Part shown: positions 49,712-60,076 of the stretch, one piece after another
Numbering within the stretch: position 1 is the stretch's first letter
How the letters are laid out: every line of letters begins with the position of its first letter
DNA from: an uncultured Bdellovibrio sp.
GTDB lineage: Bacteria > Bdellovibrionota > Bdellovibrionia > Bdellovibrionales > Bdellovibrionaceae
Reading direction: 5' to 3'
DNA length: 64,000 nucleotides
Assembly (NCBI GenBank): GCA_963932905.1
Contig: CAWVRN010000001.1
Location: 416,001 to 480,000, forward strand
Position numbers and translations under genes: made by a program
The notes under the pieces: model-generated
The model's database searches: none
What the model saw: only the letters and a program-made list of their open reading frames with translations
Told to the model about the DNA's origin: nothing

Positions 49712-51152
49712 GAAGTCAGCATCAGCTGGACCCTTGCAAGAGGATTACGCATACAAATACGGTTTTGAAACTGAAATCGAAGCCGATGCCGTTCAAAAAG
49801 GTTTGAACGAAGATATCATCCGTTTGATTTCTTCTAAAAAAGAAGAACCAAGCTGGATGCTAGATTACCGTTTGAAAGCGTTCGCGCATTGGAAAACATT
49901 GAAAGAGCCGAAATGGTCCGGTTTAAAATACTCTGCCATCGATTTCCAAGATATTTGCTATTATTCTGCACCAAAGAAAAAAGAGGGTCCTAAGTCACTA
50001 GATGAACTTGATCCTGAGTTAATCAAAACTTTTGAAAAATTAGGTATTCCGTTGGGAGAACAAAAGCGTATCTCTGGCGTAGCCGTAGACGTGGTGTTTG
50101 ACTCGGTTTCGGTAGCAACGACTCATAAAGAAGAGCTAGATAAAGTTGGTGTTGTATTTTGCTCAATCAGCGAAGCCATTAAAACGCATCCAGATTTAGT
50201 TAAGAAATATTTGGGCTCGGTAGTTCCTATCACGGACAATTTCTATGCGGCATTGAACGCGGCTGTATTTACGGACGGTTCGTTCTGCTATATTCCTAAA
50301 GGTGTTCGTTGCCCAATGGATTTATCTACCTACTTTCGTATCAACGCGAAAGAAACAGGACAATTCGAAAGAACATTGCTTGTAGCGGATGAAGGTTCCT
50401 ACGTGAATTATCTAGAAGGTTGCACGGCACCTCAACGTGATGAAAATCAATTGCACGCAGCGGTTGTCGAATTAATTGCGCTTGATAATGCGGAAATTAA
50501 ATACTCAACAGTTCAGAACTGGTACACGGGCGATAAAGAAGGCCGCGGCGGTATCTACAATTTCGTAACCAAGCGCGGGAAATGTGCAGGCAAGAAATCT
50601 AAGATCTCGTGGACGCAAGTTGAATCAGGCTCTGCGATCACTTGGAAATATCCGTCAGTTATTTTGCAAGGTGATGAATCGGAAGGCTCTTTCTATTCTG
50701 TGGCCCTAACGCATGACTACATGCAGGCGGATACGGGCACGAAGATGATCCATATCGGCAAGAACACAAAGAGCACGATTATCTCGAAAGGTATTTCAGT
50801 AGATAAATCATCGAATGCCTATCGTGGCCTGGTGAAGATTATGCCGTCAGCGGAAAACGCTCGTAATTATTCGCAGTGTGATTCGATGTTGGTGGGTTCA
50901 AAATCATCAGCGCACACGTATCCATACATTGATGTAAAAAACAAAACAGCACATATCGAACACGAAGCGACTACATCTAGAATCAGCGAAGATCAAATTT
51001 TCTATCTTCAATCACGTGGTTTGAATATGGAGAAGTCCATTTCAATGCTGGTTAATGGATTCTGTAAAGACGTGTTCAAACAATTGCCACTAGAATTTTC
51101 AGTCGAGGCAGTGAAGTTAATTGAAATGAAATTGGAAAACTCAGTAGGGTAA
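49701..51152 (+). CDS. sufB: Fe-S cluster assembly protein SufB
   Basis: [41 protein letters not shown]. Confidence 0.97.
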   Translation: MENKKSASAGPLQEDYAYKYGFETEIEADAVQKGLNEDIIRLISSKKEEPSWMLDYRLKAFAHWKTLKEPKWSGLKYSAIDFQDICYYSAPKKKEGPKSLDELDPELIKTFEKLGIPLGEQKRISGVAVDVVFDSVSVATTHKEELDKVGVVFCSISEAIKTHPDLVKKYLGSVVPITDNFYAALNAAVFTDGSFCYIPKGVRCPMDLSTYFRINAKETGQFERTLLVADEGSYVNYLEGCTAPQRDENQLHAAVVELIALDNAEIKYSTVQNWYTGDKEGRGGIYNFVTKRGKCAGKKSKISWTQVESGSAITWKYPSVILQGDESEGSFYSVALTHDYMQADTGTKMIHIGKNTKSTIISKGISVDKSSNAYRGLVKIMPSAENARNYSQCDSMLVGSKSSAHTYPYIDVKNKTAHIEHEATTSRISEDQIFYLQSRGLNMEKSISMLVNGFCKDVFKQLPLEFSVEAVKLIEMKLENSVG

Positions 51153-51162
51153 TGGAGAAAGA

Positions 51163-51915
51163 ATGTTAGAAATTAAAAACCTAAAAGCCGAAGTTGACGG
51201 GAAAGAAATCCTAAAAGGTTTAAATTTAAAAGTGAACGCAGGTGAAGTGCACGCGATCATGGGACCAAATGGTTCTGGTAAAAGTTCACTCTCTAAAGTT
51301 ATCGCGGGTCATCCGTCGTATTCAGTTACGGGTGGTGAAATCCTATACGATATTAATTTTCAGCCGAAAGATATCGCCGACATGGATCCAGACGAACGCG
51401 CTAAAGAAGGTATCTTTTTAGCGTTTCAATATCCAGTCGAAGTTCCTGGTGTGAGCAATTTCAATTTCTTAATGACATCGTTTAATTCGATTCTTGAGCA
51501 CCAAGGGTCGGAGCCACTGACAGAAGCTGAATTCAAAAGTTACCTAGATAAAAAGATGAACATCATATCACTGCGCCCGGACTTCCTTGAGCGCGGAGTA
51601 AATTCAGGTTTTTCTGGAGGCGAGAAAAAGAAGAACGAAATTTTGCAAATGGCAGTATTAGCTCCGCGTCTTTCTATTCTAGATGAAACAGATTCGGGCT
51701 TAGATATCGATGCTTTGAAAGTGGTTTCTGAAGGTGTTAACAAAATTAAATCTAAAAACAACGCGATTGTTTTAATCACGCATTATCAACGTTTATTGGA
51801 TTATATCAAACCAGATTTCATTCACGTGTTATATCAAGGACGCATCGTAAAAACGGGCGGACCAGAATTAGCACTGGAACTTGAGAAAAATGGTTACGAC
51901 GGATTCTTGCAATGA
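51163..51915 (+). CDS. sufC: Fe-S cluster assembly ATPase SufC
   Basis: MGPNGSGKS, FQYPVEVPGV, FSGGEKKKNE, LDETDSGLDIDAL, ITHYQRLL. Confidence 0.97.
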   Translation: MLEIKNLKAEVDGKEILKGLNLKVNAGEVHAIMGPNGSGKSSLSKVIAGHPSYSVTGGEILYDINFQPKDIADMDPDERAKEGIFLAFQYPVEVPGVSNFNFLMTSFNSILEHQGSEPLTEAEFKSYLDKKMNIISLRPDFLERGVNSGFSGGEKKKNEILQMAVLAPRLSILDETDSGLDIDALKVVSEGVNKIKSKNNAIVLITHYQRLLDYIKPDFIHVLYQGRIVKTGGPELALELEKNGYDGFLQ

Positions 51916-53201
51916 ATATTATAAATTCGTTTGATTCTTTTTTAATGGAAGCTCAAAAGTTCCCGCACGTCGCAGATTGGAACTCGAAGCAACGTCATAA
52001 GGAAGAATTAGTTAAATCAGGTCTGCCAACTCGCAAACAAGAGTCTTGGAGAAATACATCGCTTAAGTTCCTAAGTGAAAATGATTTCAAGCCAGCGAGT
52101 CATTCACCAACTCAACTGCCTGATGGTGTTCTTGCATTAGCTTCATCGAAAATGATCGATGGCTGCCATACGCTAGTTTTCTTAAATGGATTCTATATGT
52201 CAGGCCTTTCAAGATTTGACGTTAATACTGTTTTTATTAACGAAAATACAAAGAAAGACTCTTCATTTCAAGGTGACGTAGATAGTGTGTCTATTCATCA
52301 CCTAAATGAAATTTACAACTTAAACCCAATTGATATTACAATTAAATCGGATTTAACTCAGCCTCTTCAGATTTTGAACTTAACCCATTTAATGGATGGC
52401 CTGCCATTGGCGATCTCTCCGAAAGTGAATGTGACCGTTAAATCTAACAAAGAGGCAAAAATTGTGCTTTCGCATGTAGGCGAACATCAAGCTCGGTATT
52501 TTACGAATGGTATGTTTACATTTGCCATAGAGAAAGAAGCCCGTGTTGAACTTGTAAACCATATAAATCAAAGTACGAATGCTTATCATTTTGATTTCGT
52601 AGGTATCACTGTGGAAACATCGGCAACTGTTCGGTATTTTGAATTGAATTTGAACGCGCAATTAACTCGTCACGAATTTGTTTTGGAATTAAACGGTGAA
52701 CATATTCAGGCCGAGGTATTAGGCGCATCGTATTTAAAGCAAAATCAGCATTGCGATAGTCAAACTTACATCAATCATCACAAGGGTAGCTGCCATACGG
52801 AACAGGTCTATAAAGCACTTCTGGATGATGAATCACGTAGCGTATTTTCAGGAACTGTTTTCATCGCTGAAGGTATCGCGAAAACAGATTCAGCTCAATT
52901 AAATCAAAACCTATTGTTATCTGATAAAGTTGAGGTAAACAGCAAGCCGATCCTGAGAATATTTTCTGACGACGTAAAAGCGTCTCATGGTTCAACAATG
53001 GGTAAAATTCAAGAAGACGAAATATTCTACCTTCAATCGCGTTCAATCAGCCGTCCCAAAGCGATTGAATTGTTGGGGCAAGGTTTCTTAAACGAAATCG
53101 TTTTAAGAATGGGTTCTGATGTTTTGAAAAGACATTTTTCTAAAGAGTTACTAAATGAATTAGGAATGCAGAGAAAAGCAAAGTTAAAGGTAGTGAAATA
53201 G
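51912..53201 (+). CDS. sufD: Fe-S cluster assembly protein SufD
   Basis: LPTRKQESWR, NLLLS, DDVKASHG, FYLQSR; operon position. Confidence 0.92.
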   Translation: MNIINSFDSFLMEAQKFPHVADWNSKQRHKEELVKSGLPTRKQESWRNTSLKFLSENDFKPASHSPTQLPDGVLALASSKMIDGCHTLVFLNGFYMSGLSRFDVNTVFINENTKKDSSFQGDVDSVSIHHLNEIYNLNPIDITIKSDLTQPLQILNLTHLMDGLPLAISPKVNVTVKSNKEAKIVLSHVGEHQARYFTNGMFTFAIEKEARVELVNHINQSTNAYHFDFVGITVETSATVRYFELNLNAQLTRHEFVLELNGEHIQAEVLGASYLKQNQHCDSQTYINHHKGSCHTEQVYKALLDDESRSVFSGTVFIAEGIAKTDSAQLNQNLLLSDKVEVNSKPILRIFSDDVKASHGSTMGKIQEDEIFYLQSRSISRPKAIELLGQGFLNEIVLRMGSDVLKRHFSKELLNELGMQRKAKLKVVK

Positions 53202-53205
53202 AATT

Positions 53206-54429
53206 ATGCAGTTAAACGACATTAAACAGATAAAATCATTATTCCCGACCCTTCACCAAAAGGTGAATGGTCATGATTTGGTTTATCTGGACAGTGCTGC
53301 GACGACGATGAAACCAATATCGGTTATTGAACGTATCACTCGCTATTACCAAATGGATAATTCTAACGTACATCGAGGGGCACATTTTCTAAGCCAACGA
53401 GGAACGGATGAGTTTGAAAAAGCCCGACATACGGTAGCCGAGTTTATCAATGCAAAACTGGATTCAGAGGTTATTTTTACACGTGGTACGACAGAGTCGA
53501 TAAATTTGGTTTCTTCTTCGTACGGTCGTCATTTTTTAAAAGAAGGTGACGAAGTTATCCTAACGATCATGGAACATCATGCGAATGTAGTTCCTTGGCA
53601 TGTTCTCAAAACTGAAAAGGGTGTCGTATTAAAATACGTTTACCTAACTGAAGATGGCCAATTAGATCTTGAGCAGCTTAAAAAACTAGTGAGTGCAAAA
53701 ACTAAATTAGTCACCGTCACCGGTTGTTCAAATACGTTAGGTACATTCACCGATCTAAAGGCGATCGTAGCGATCGCAAAGTCAGTTTCTGCTAAAGTTT
53801 TAGTGGATGCGGCTCAATTGGTTTCCCAGCATAAAATTGACGTGCAGGAGTTAGATTGCGATTTTCTGGTATTCTCGGGTCACAAGCTATTCGGTCCAAC
53901 AGGTATTGGTGTGTTGTATGCCAAGCAAGAACTCTTAGAACAAATGCCTCCCTACCAAACTGGTGGATCGATGATTTTAGAGGTAACTGAGCAGGCAACG
54001 ACCTTTCATAGACCGCCATTCAGATTCGAAGCAGGTACTCCGCACATTGAAGGCGTAGTGGGTTTGATGTCGGCGATCCAATTCTTTAACTCCATTGATA
54101 AAACTTGGCTGCGGTCGCATGAAGATAAAATACTAAGCGCGGCAACCAGTGAATTAGAAAAGCTAGGCGATGTGATTGTTTACGGAAGCAAAACAAATAA
54201 GGCTCCGGTTTTATCGTTTAACCTAAAAGGTGTTCATAATTCCGATGTCGCGGCTTTGATGGACCAGCAAGGTGTTGCGGTACGTTCGGGTCATCACTGT
54301 ACTCAACCATTGATGAAGTATTTTAATACAGTGGGAACTGTTCGAGCTTCGTTTTCAATTTATAATGATTTGAATGATGTGGAAAAGTTTGTGGCCAGCG
54401 TGAAGAAGGCAAAGGATCTTTTATTATGA
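53206..54429 (+). CDS. sufS: Cysteine desulfurase SufS
   Basis: YLDSAATT, NVHRG, FSGHK (PLP Lys), FEAGTP, RSGHHC. Confidence 0.96.
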   Translation: MQLNDIKQIKSLFPTLHQKVNGHDLVYLDSAATTMKPISVIERITRYYQMDNSNVHRGAHFLSQRGTDEFEKARHTVAEFINAKLDSEVIFTRGTTESINLVSSSYGRHFLKEGDEVILTIMEHHANVVPWHVLKTEKGVVLKYVYLTEDGQLDLEQLKKLVSAKTKLVTVTGCSNTLGTFTDLKAIVAIAKSVSAKVLVDAAQLVSQHKIDVQELDCDFLVFSGHKLFGPTGIGVLYAKQELLEQMPPYQTGGSMILEVTEQATTFHRPPFRFEAGTPHIEGVVGLMSAIQFFNSIDKTWLRSHEDKILSAATSELEKLGDVIVYGSKTNKAPVLSFNLKGVHNSDVAALMDQQGVAVRSGHHCTQPLMKYFNTVGTVRASFSIYNDLNDVEKFVASVKKAKDLLL

Positions 54430-54989
54430 GTGAAAATTTTGATTTACTTGTACGTATTCAAGAAACACCAAATCCGAATGCGTGGAAATTCGTTTTGAAT
54501 AAAACGGTACTTGATGAAGGCAAAGCGACCTACATCGAGCCTAAGGAAGCAGAAAACAATCTATTAGCGCGTAGTTTGTTTGAAATATCGGGTGTAAAAC
54601 AAGTTCATTTTTTTCAGAATGTTGTGACGATTACTCACACATTTGATTCCGAACCGGATGAAATTCACAAAAATGTGACTTCTGTTCTGCAAACTCGCAT
54701 GCCGGCCCATAATCCTAAGCAAACTAAAGTTGATGAAAAGAAGATGGCCAGAGCTAGTTTACCGCCGGAAGTTCAGAAAATTGAAACTATCTTGGATGAA
54801 ACAATTCGCCCGGGATTGCAAGGTGATGGTGGTGACTTAGCTGTGATCAAATATGAAGATAACAAGCTATACGTTCATTACGAAGGCGCATGCGGTACAT
54901 GTCCAAGTTCAACCTCAGGAACACTGATGGCTATCGAAGGAATTTTGCGTGAACAGTTCAATGAACAGATCGAAGTTATCCCTTTATAA
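54426..54989 (+). CDS. Nfu-type Fe-S carrier (Nfu_N plus NifU C-terminal domain)
   Basis: TPNPNAWKF, IRPGLQGDGGD, GACGTCPSS. Confidence 0.92.
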   Translation: MSENFDLLVRIQETPNPNAWKFVLNKTVLDEGKATYIEPKEAENNLLARSLFEISGVKQVHFFQNVVTITHTFDSEPDEIHKNVTSVLQTRMPAHNPKQTKVDEKKMARASLPPEVQKIETILDETIRPGLQGDGGDLAVIKYEDNKLYVHYEGACGTCPSSTSGTLMAIEGILREQFNEQIEVIPL

Positions 54990-55223
54990 CGAACTATAAT
55001 GGCCGTGAAATGGAACGGCCGTTCTACCGGCCTCATTGCGTATGGTCGGTCCTTGCAAGGAAATCTCCAATGCTTTTGCTTGTCAAAATTTTTGACGTTT
55101 GTGAATTTGTTACCGGAAACATCTATAAAAATACGATAAAAATGCAAAAAAGAAGAACTTATTGCAGAACTAGTTTAGATTAGACAGCGAATCTAAATCT
55201 CTATTTTTAAATAGGAGTTTATC

Positions 55224-55766
55224 ATGTTTACTACAAATAAAACTTTTGCATCGGTTATTGGGTTTTTAATCTTGTCAGTATCTGCGCACGCTTCTAATGT
55301 TTCTATAGCGCAAGCAGGGAAACAGTGTTCAGGTGAAATTGCAATCCCTTCTATTAGTTGCATCAACCCGGACGGCGTTGATGAGGGACAAGAGTTGCAT
55401 GATGTACGTCTCTATGTAATGGAATTTCAAGATTGCAAAAATGGTAATATCAGTTCACTAACAAAAAATATTTCAGGCTTCGTGTTCTCTGAAGAAGCTT
55501 CCGAGGCGACTACTACGGTAGCCTTCAGTGGTCAACGCATTCATTTTGATGATCGTGTTGATGATTTAACAGCTGAGCTACCAAGAACTGCAGTTATACA
55601 AACAGCAAAATCTAAGTTTCTTTTAGATATCACTGGTGAAGAAGTTCCTTTGTATGAAGGAGCCGATATAACTCATGATTACGCGTTCAACGGTACATTC
55701 AAAAAAGTAAACGCCCAAGGTGCTACCTTGAGCGCTGGTCGTATTCTTTGTACAGTAAGCCGCTAG
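55224..55766 (+). CDS. Secreted hypothetical protein
   Basis: AGGAG RBS, signal peptide ending AHA, 4 Cys. Confidence 0.75.
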   Translation: MFTTNKTFASVIGFLILSVSAHASNVSIAQAGKQCSGEIAIPSISCINPDGVDEGQELHDVRLYVMEFQDCKNGNISSLTKNISGFVFSEEASEATTTVAFSGQRIHFDDRVDDLTAELPRTAVIQTAKSKFLLDITGEEVPLYEGADITHDYAFNGTFKKVNAQGATLSAGRILCTVSR

Positions 55767-55778
55767 AAACTTTTTAGT

Positions 55779-56402
55779 CTAGCGTTGAATTTTAGGCTCT
55801 TGAGATCTTAGGTCTTGAGGGCTTTCGCTGGAAAATTCTAACTTTTGAATTTTGTCAGCGTTAGAGGCCTCGAATTTTTGTTTCGCAATAAATTCTTGAG
55901 AATCTTCTGGACGACTTGAAATCAAAGCGACGTTGCTAACCGGCGTATCGCCGATGACTGTTCCAGCCGTCAACGTCACTAGTTTTTTTTCATTATTTGA
56001 ATAGCCTTTAACTATTATGGATACTTCGACTGGTTCCTCAGCATAAACGCCTTCCAATTGACCTTCTATATCACCGTCAACAATGGATACGCCTTCTGGT
56101 AATAACCATTGGTATGTCACCACATTATTTGAAGACTTTAATAATGTGATATAGCCCGTGATTTCTGTTTCGTCATTTGGGTTGTCTGCAATGTCTGGTG
56201 CTTCTAATTGAACGTTCACAAAAGACAGTGATTTACCCATTTTCGCATTGAACAACAACGAAGTCAGTGTGGGACTTTGTTTACCAGAGGCCGATGATTG
56301 CATTAAGTAGTCTGCCGATGCATAGCCTAGACCGAACATGGCCGTAAAAACAAAAACGAATTGCAATATACGAGTTTTATACATTTTTAATTTTGTGGAC
56401 AT
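55779..56402 (-). CDS. Exported hypothetical protein, possibly Ig-like
   Basis: Signal/TM segment, beta-rich core (YQWLLPEGV); overlaps or abuts the upstream peptidase gene. Confidence 0.65.
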   Translation of the reverse strand: MSTKLKMYKTRILQFVFVFTAMFGLGYASADYLMQSSASGKQSPTLTSLLFNAKMGKSLSFVNVQLEAPDIADNPNDETEITGYITLLKSSNNVVTYQWLLPEGVSIVDGDIEGQLEGVYAEEPVEVSIIVKGYSNNEKKLVTLTAGTVIGDTPVSNVALISSRPEDSQEFIAKQKFEASNADKIQKLEFSSESPQDLRSQEPKIQR

Positions 56403-58309
56403 AAATCCCTCTGTGTTGATCCTGAAATTTTTTGAACTCGATAACGAGCAGTTTCACCTACCGCTGCCGAGCTTTTGCCATATGTATTTGCTTTAACATC
56501 TAGTAAATAGGTGCCAGCAGTCAGCTGACTCAGACCAAAACCTTCACTACCAGATTCAAGTGATCCGTAAGTGCGGGCGCTTTTCTTTACAATGTCTGAA
56601 CTTTGTAAGCCTGATTCTTTTTCCTTGTAGTCGTCAAAGTAAGTATAGCCTTGTTTGTATAAATATAGATCTAGATCGACGTTATTAGATACCGTGCAAC
56701 CTGAATCACCAGGACCACTTGGGTTTGCGGGACCAGTCGGATACGCCGCACACTGGAAGTATGTGATTTGGATCGTTGCATTTGCATCGATATCTTGTTG
56801 AGTTACTTCTAAGCGATAGAAGTCATTTGAGCGTAACTGGTTCGACATTTTGTAAATAGGGCATGTTGAACCATAGCATGTGGTTTTGTCTGCAACAGGG
56901 CTTAGTTCACGAGTCGCACATGAATTCAAAGCTACTTCAGAAAATGTATTATTGTATTCTGCAAATGTTTTTGATTGTTTTTCATTATTTAGAACCGCGG
57001 TCCAATATGTGGTATTGCCTGAATAGGAAGCCGTAATGATTTGATCTAAACGTGACGTTAACAAATGCATCGAGCGAAAAACTTTACTACTAGAATGAAA
57101 TCCATTAACAGAATCTGTAAATACATTCCAGATTTCTTTGAACGGAATCCCTGCCCCATAAGGATAACTTGAAGATGCATTTTGCACGATTTTGAAAAGT
57201 GTACGAGTAATTGATAACTCGCGGAAATTACCTTCACCTGCTAAGGTTGATCTATCATAAAGAGTGCTTGTTCCGTCTTCACTTAATCGGAAGTATACGT
57301 TTTGTGTGCATGTTCCTGTTTCGGCAGAATCATTGCAGAATCCCGCAGTATCTAAATAGGTATTAATACCTTGGGCAGCAGCTTGAAAAAAGTTAGCAAA
57401 ACCTTCACTCCACGCTAAACGTGGATCAATAACAGCGTCACCATTGTGGTATCCACCCGGAGAATCTGTTTTGCCATAAACGTCTTCAAGGAAATGACCA
57501 TATTCGTGTAATACAACGCTTGTGTCAAAGTGATCAGTATCGGCTTGGCTAACGTTGCCGTCCTTGCCACCAAGTATAAATAGTTTTCTTTCACCCGGTT
57601 TATAGAATGATAACAAATTGTTTGGGTAACCAAAATATGCATAAGGATTAAATCCTGCTTTCCAATAGACCGTTACTTTTTCAGCAACGAAATTGGCATC
57701 ATTAGTTTGCGTGCGGATATACTGGTTTGCTTTATAAATAGAGGCCAAAATATGAAAAGCGCCGCCTTCAATTTTAGCACTTTCTGACATGCGGGCTTTT
57801 GCTAACACGGATAAACCACCAATGTCACTGGTAGCAGCGGTAGCGCTTGTTTCGATAGAGTAGGGTTGATTCAAGTTCGTTTCTTCTAAAACGCTTAATT
57901 TAATTTTAGAATTGAAAGCACGCGACAGAACACGCACACGAACTGTACCAGTGTTTTTGCTCACTTGAAGTGAGAAATTACCGTTCTCATCTGTATTGCC
58001 GCATTGAATTTGATCACCATTACCATTTAAAACTTCAATTTCTGCGTAAGGAATTACGGCAGTGGCTGGATTGCCTGATAGTGCGTAAATCGTGCCCTGA
58101 TTTGTAGCTGTTGTGGTGATCGGTCGATATTGGTAGCTAGCGTTTCCTGAAAGAGTCAATGCATCGGCGTAACTGCGAACATCTAGACAATTGGTCGTCT
58201 CGCTAGCTGTTGGTGTAGCTGACGAATCGTCACCACCGCCACCATTCGAACAAGAAATCAGCACAGAAATTGATCCCAGCAATAGTAGATTGAGCATGAA
58301 TTTAGGCAT
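56387..58309 (-). CDS. Lipoprotein zinc metallopeptidase with a PPC-like C-terminal domain
   Basis: Lipobox VLISC, LHEYGHF with downstream AWSEG, C-terminal DLDLYLY...AGTYLLDV. Confidence 0.78.
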   Translation of the reverse strand: MPKFMLNLLLLGSISVLISCSNGGGGDDSSATPTASETTNCLDVRSYADALTLSGNASYQYRPITTTATNQGTIYALSGNPATAVIPYAEIEVLNGNGDQIQCGNTDENGNFSLQVSKNTGTVRVRVLSRAFNSKIKLSVLEETNLNQPYSIETSATAATSDIGGLSVLAKARMSESAKIEGGAFHILASIYKANQYIRTQTNDANFVAEKVTVYWKAGFNPYAYFGYPNNLLSFYKPGERKLFILGGKDGNVSQADTDHFDTSVVLHEYGHFLEDVYGKTDSPGGYHNGDAVIDPRLAWSEGFANFFQAAAQGINTYLDTAGFCNDSAETGTCTQNVYFRLSEDGTSTLYDRSTLAGEGNFRELSITRTLFKIVQNASSSYPYGAGIPFKEIWNVFTDSVNGFHSSSKVFRSMHLLTSRLDQIITASYSGNTTYWTAVLNNEKQSKTFAEYNNTFSEVALNSCATRELSPVADKTTCYGSTCPIYKMSNQLRSNDFYRLEVTQQDIDANATIQITYFQCAAYPTGPANPSGPGDSGCTVSNNVDLDLYLYKQGYTYFDDYKEKESGLQSSDIVKKSARTYGSLESGSEGFGLSQLTAGTYLLDVKANTYGKSSAAVGETARYRVQKISGSTQRDLCPQN

Positions 58310-58315
58310 GTTTTC

Positions 58316-58342
58316 TTATCGGACTATTGACTTAAGACCTAA
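58316..58342 (-). promoter_or_regulatory. Putative sigma28 (FliA) promoter
   Basis: TTAG-N16-CCGATAA on the minus strand; the CCGA starts 13 nt before the ATG at 58309. Confidence 0.55.
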
Positions 58343-58420
58343 GTACTTTGTTTGCTTTATTTTGAGATGATTATTAGGGATTTTGACTTGAGTTTAGATT
58401 TAATAACTACAATATAAGAT

Positions 58421-60076
58421 ATGAATCAAAATCTGTCGAAAAGGTACTCGATTTATCGGGAAATTTTATTAGAAACGAAGAATCGTTCTTTTTTAGGTAT
58501 AGGCATTAATATCCTGTTTTCCTTATTGCTTCTTGTAACTGTGTATAGTCTTTTTGGGTTTCAAGCGAAATTTTTTGCGTTGGTGTCTTTAATTTTACTA
58601 GTGAGTCTAACTCGATGGATTCATTTGGCCAGTTTTGATTTAATAGGCTATCGACTTTGGCATCTGATTTTTAGTGTATTGATCGCATGCACGGGATCTT
58701 TGTGGTCAGCTCTAATTTATCTATCGGTAGATCAATATCATTCGGATATCAAGATTTTGACTTTGATCCATATGATATTTTCCGGAATGATGGCGACCGC
58801 ATCCTATAGTCTAGCTCTTTCAAAACGTGATTATTATCTGTTTGGAACTCAACTGATGCTGGCACCGCTAATGTTTTTTATTCTGAACAATGAGTCAGAA
58901 TTAAATAACGGATTTTTATTTGCAACGCTCATGCTATTTTTTATTCTAATTTCATTAGTTCGTAGAGATTATGCAAACCAGTGGTTTAACGTGCTTAATC
59001 AGAAGAATGAACTTCGCCTAATTATCAATTCCTTTCCTGGCGGAGTTTCACTCATCAAAGACAAAAAATATATCTATGTAAACGAGCTAGTTTCGCAATT
59101 TACGGGAATCCAGCCGAACTTATTCGTTAACGAACCTGTCGGCTTTGCACGCGCCGACGATGCATTTTCGTCGATATACGAACAGTTTGAAAAATCAAAT
59201 TTGAAAAGCGTGATTCAGGAGGTATTTTTAACTATCGGCGGTACCTCTAAGTTATTCTTACTAATTTTGAAACGAATGGAAGAAGATGATTCGATTATCA
59301 TCGCTATCACTCTGGATATTCATGAGCAGCGTCAAAACGAGATAGCACTGCAATCCGCCGCAAAAATGGCGGCCCTCGGAGAAATGTCCAGCAGCTTGGC
59401 TCATGAAATCAATAACCCATTGGCTGTTATTTCGGCGCAAGTAACTCAACTTTCAAGAATTATTGAAAGTACAACATTTCCAGAATCCGAGAAAAGCAAG
59501 TTTGATGTGGGCTTGCAAAGAATCTACAAAACAGTATTTAGAATCTCGGAAATAATTAAGGGATTGCGACAAATTGCCCGGAACGATACGTCAGATCCTA
59601 AACAGATTTCCAAAATACAAGATATCGTCAAAGAAACTATTTCATTATGTGAAACTAAATGTCGCAATTACGGGATCGAAATCAAATATAATATGGACAG
59701 CGAGGGGGCTTGGGTCAGTTGCCATCCGGCTCAGCTGTCCCAAGTAGTTCTGAACTTGTTAAATAACTCCATCTATGCCGTAGAAACATTGCCGGAAAAG
59801 TGGATTGAGATATCTTTAAAAAAATTCCAAGGTAGTTTCACCTTAAAAGTGAAAGATAGCGGAAATGGTATAGATAAAGCCGTTGTCGATAAGATTATGA
59901 CACCGTTTTTTACGACTAAGCCGACGGGGAAAGGTACTGGATTAGGATTAAGCATTTCTAAATCCATTATCGAACAGCATGATGGCGAGTTCTACTATGA
60001 TTCCAGTGAAAGGAACACGTCGTTTGTTATCAATCTTCCGCTGTCATCTGAACCCGATGGTAAAGCTACAGTTTAA
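58421..60076 (+). CDS. Membrane sensor histidine kinase (TM sensor, PAS-like, HisKA, HATPase)
   Basis: About 5-6 TM segments, AHEINNPL H-box, NLLNNS, DSGNG, PFFTTK, GTGLGLS. Confidence 0.93.
   Translation: MNQNLSKRYSIYREILLETKNRSFLGIGINILFSLLLLVTVYSLFGFQAKFFALVSLILLVSLTRWIHLASFDLIGYRLWHLIFSVLIACTGSLWSALIYLSVDQYHSDIKILTLIHMIFSGMMATASYSLALSKRDYYLFGTQLMLAPLMFFILNNESELNNGFLFATLMLFFILISLVRRDYANQWFNVLNQKNELRLIINSFPGGVSLIKDKKYIYVNELVSQFTGIQPNLFVNEPVGFARADDAFSSIYEQFEKSNLKSVIQEVFLTIGGTSKLFLLILKRMEEDDSIIIAITLDIHEQRQNEIALQSAAKMAALGEMSSSLAHEINNPLAVISAQVTQLSRIIESTTFPESEKSKFDVGLQRIYKTVFRISEIIKGLRQIARNDTSDPKQISKIQDIVKETISLCETKCRNYGIEIKYNMDSEGAWVSCHPAQLSQVVLNLLNNSIYAVETLPEKWIEISLKKFQGSFTLKVKDSGNGIDKAVVDKIMTPFFTTKPTGKGTGLGLSISKSIIEQHDGEFYYDSSERNTSFVINLPLSSEPDGKATV

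Noticed and set aside
54998..55055. Twin GC hairpins after nfu, and similar twin hairpins at 11368-11410, as an ncRNA family
   Set aside because: Short stems, little shared sequence and no U-tract; most simply 3' stabilising or terminating structures.
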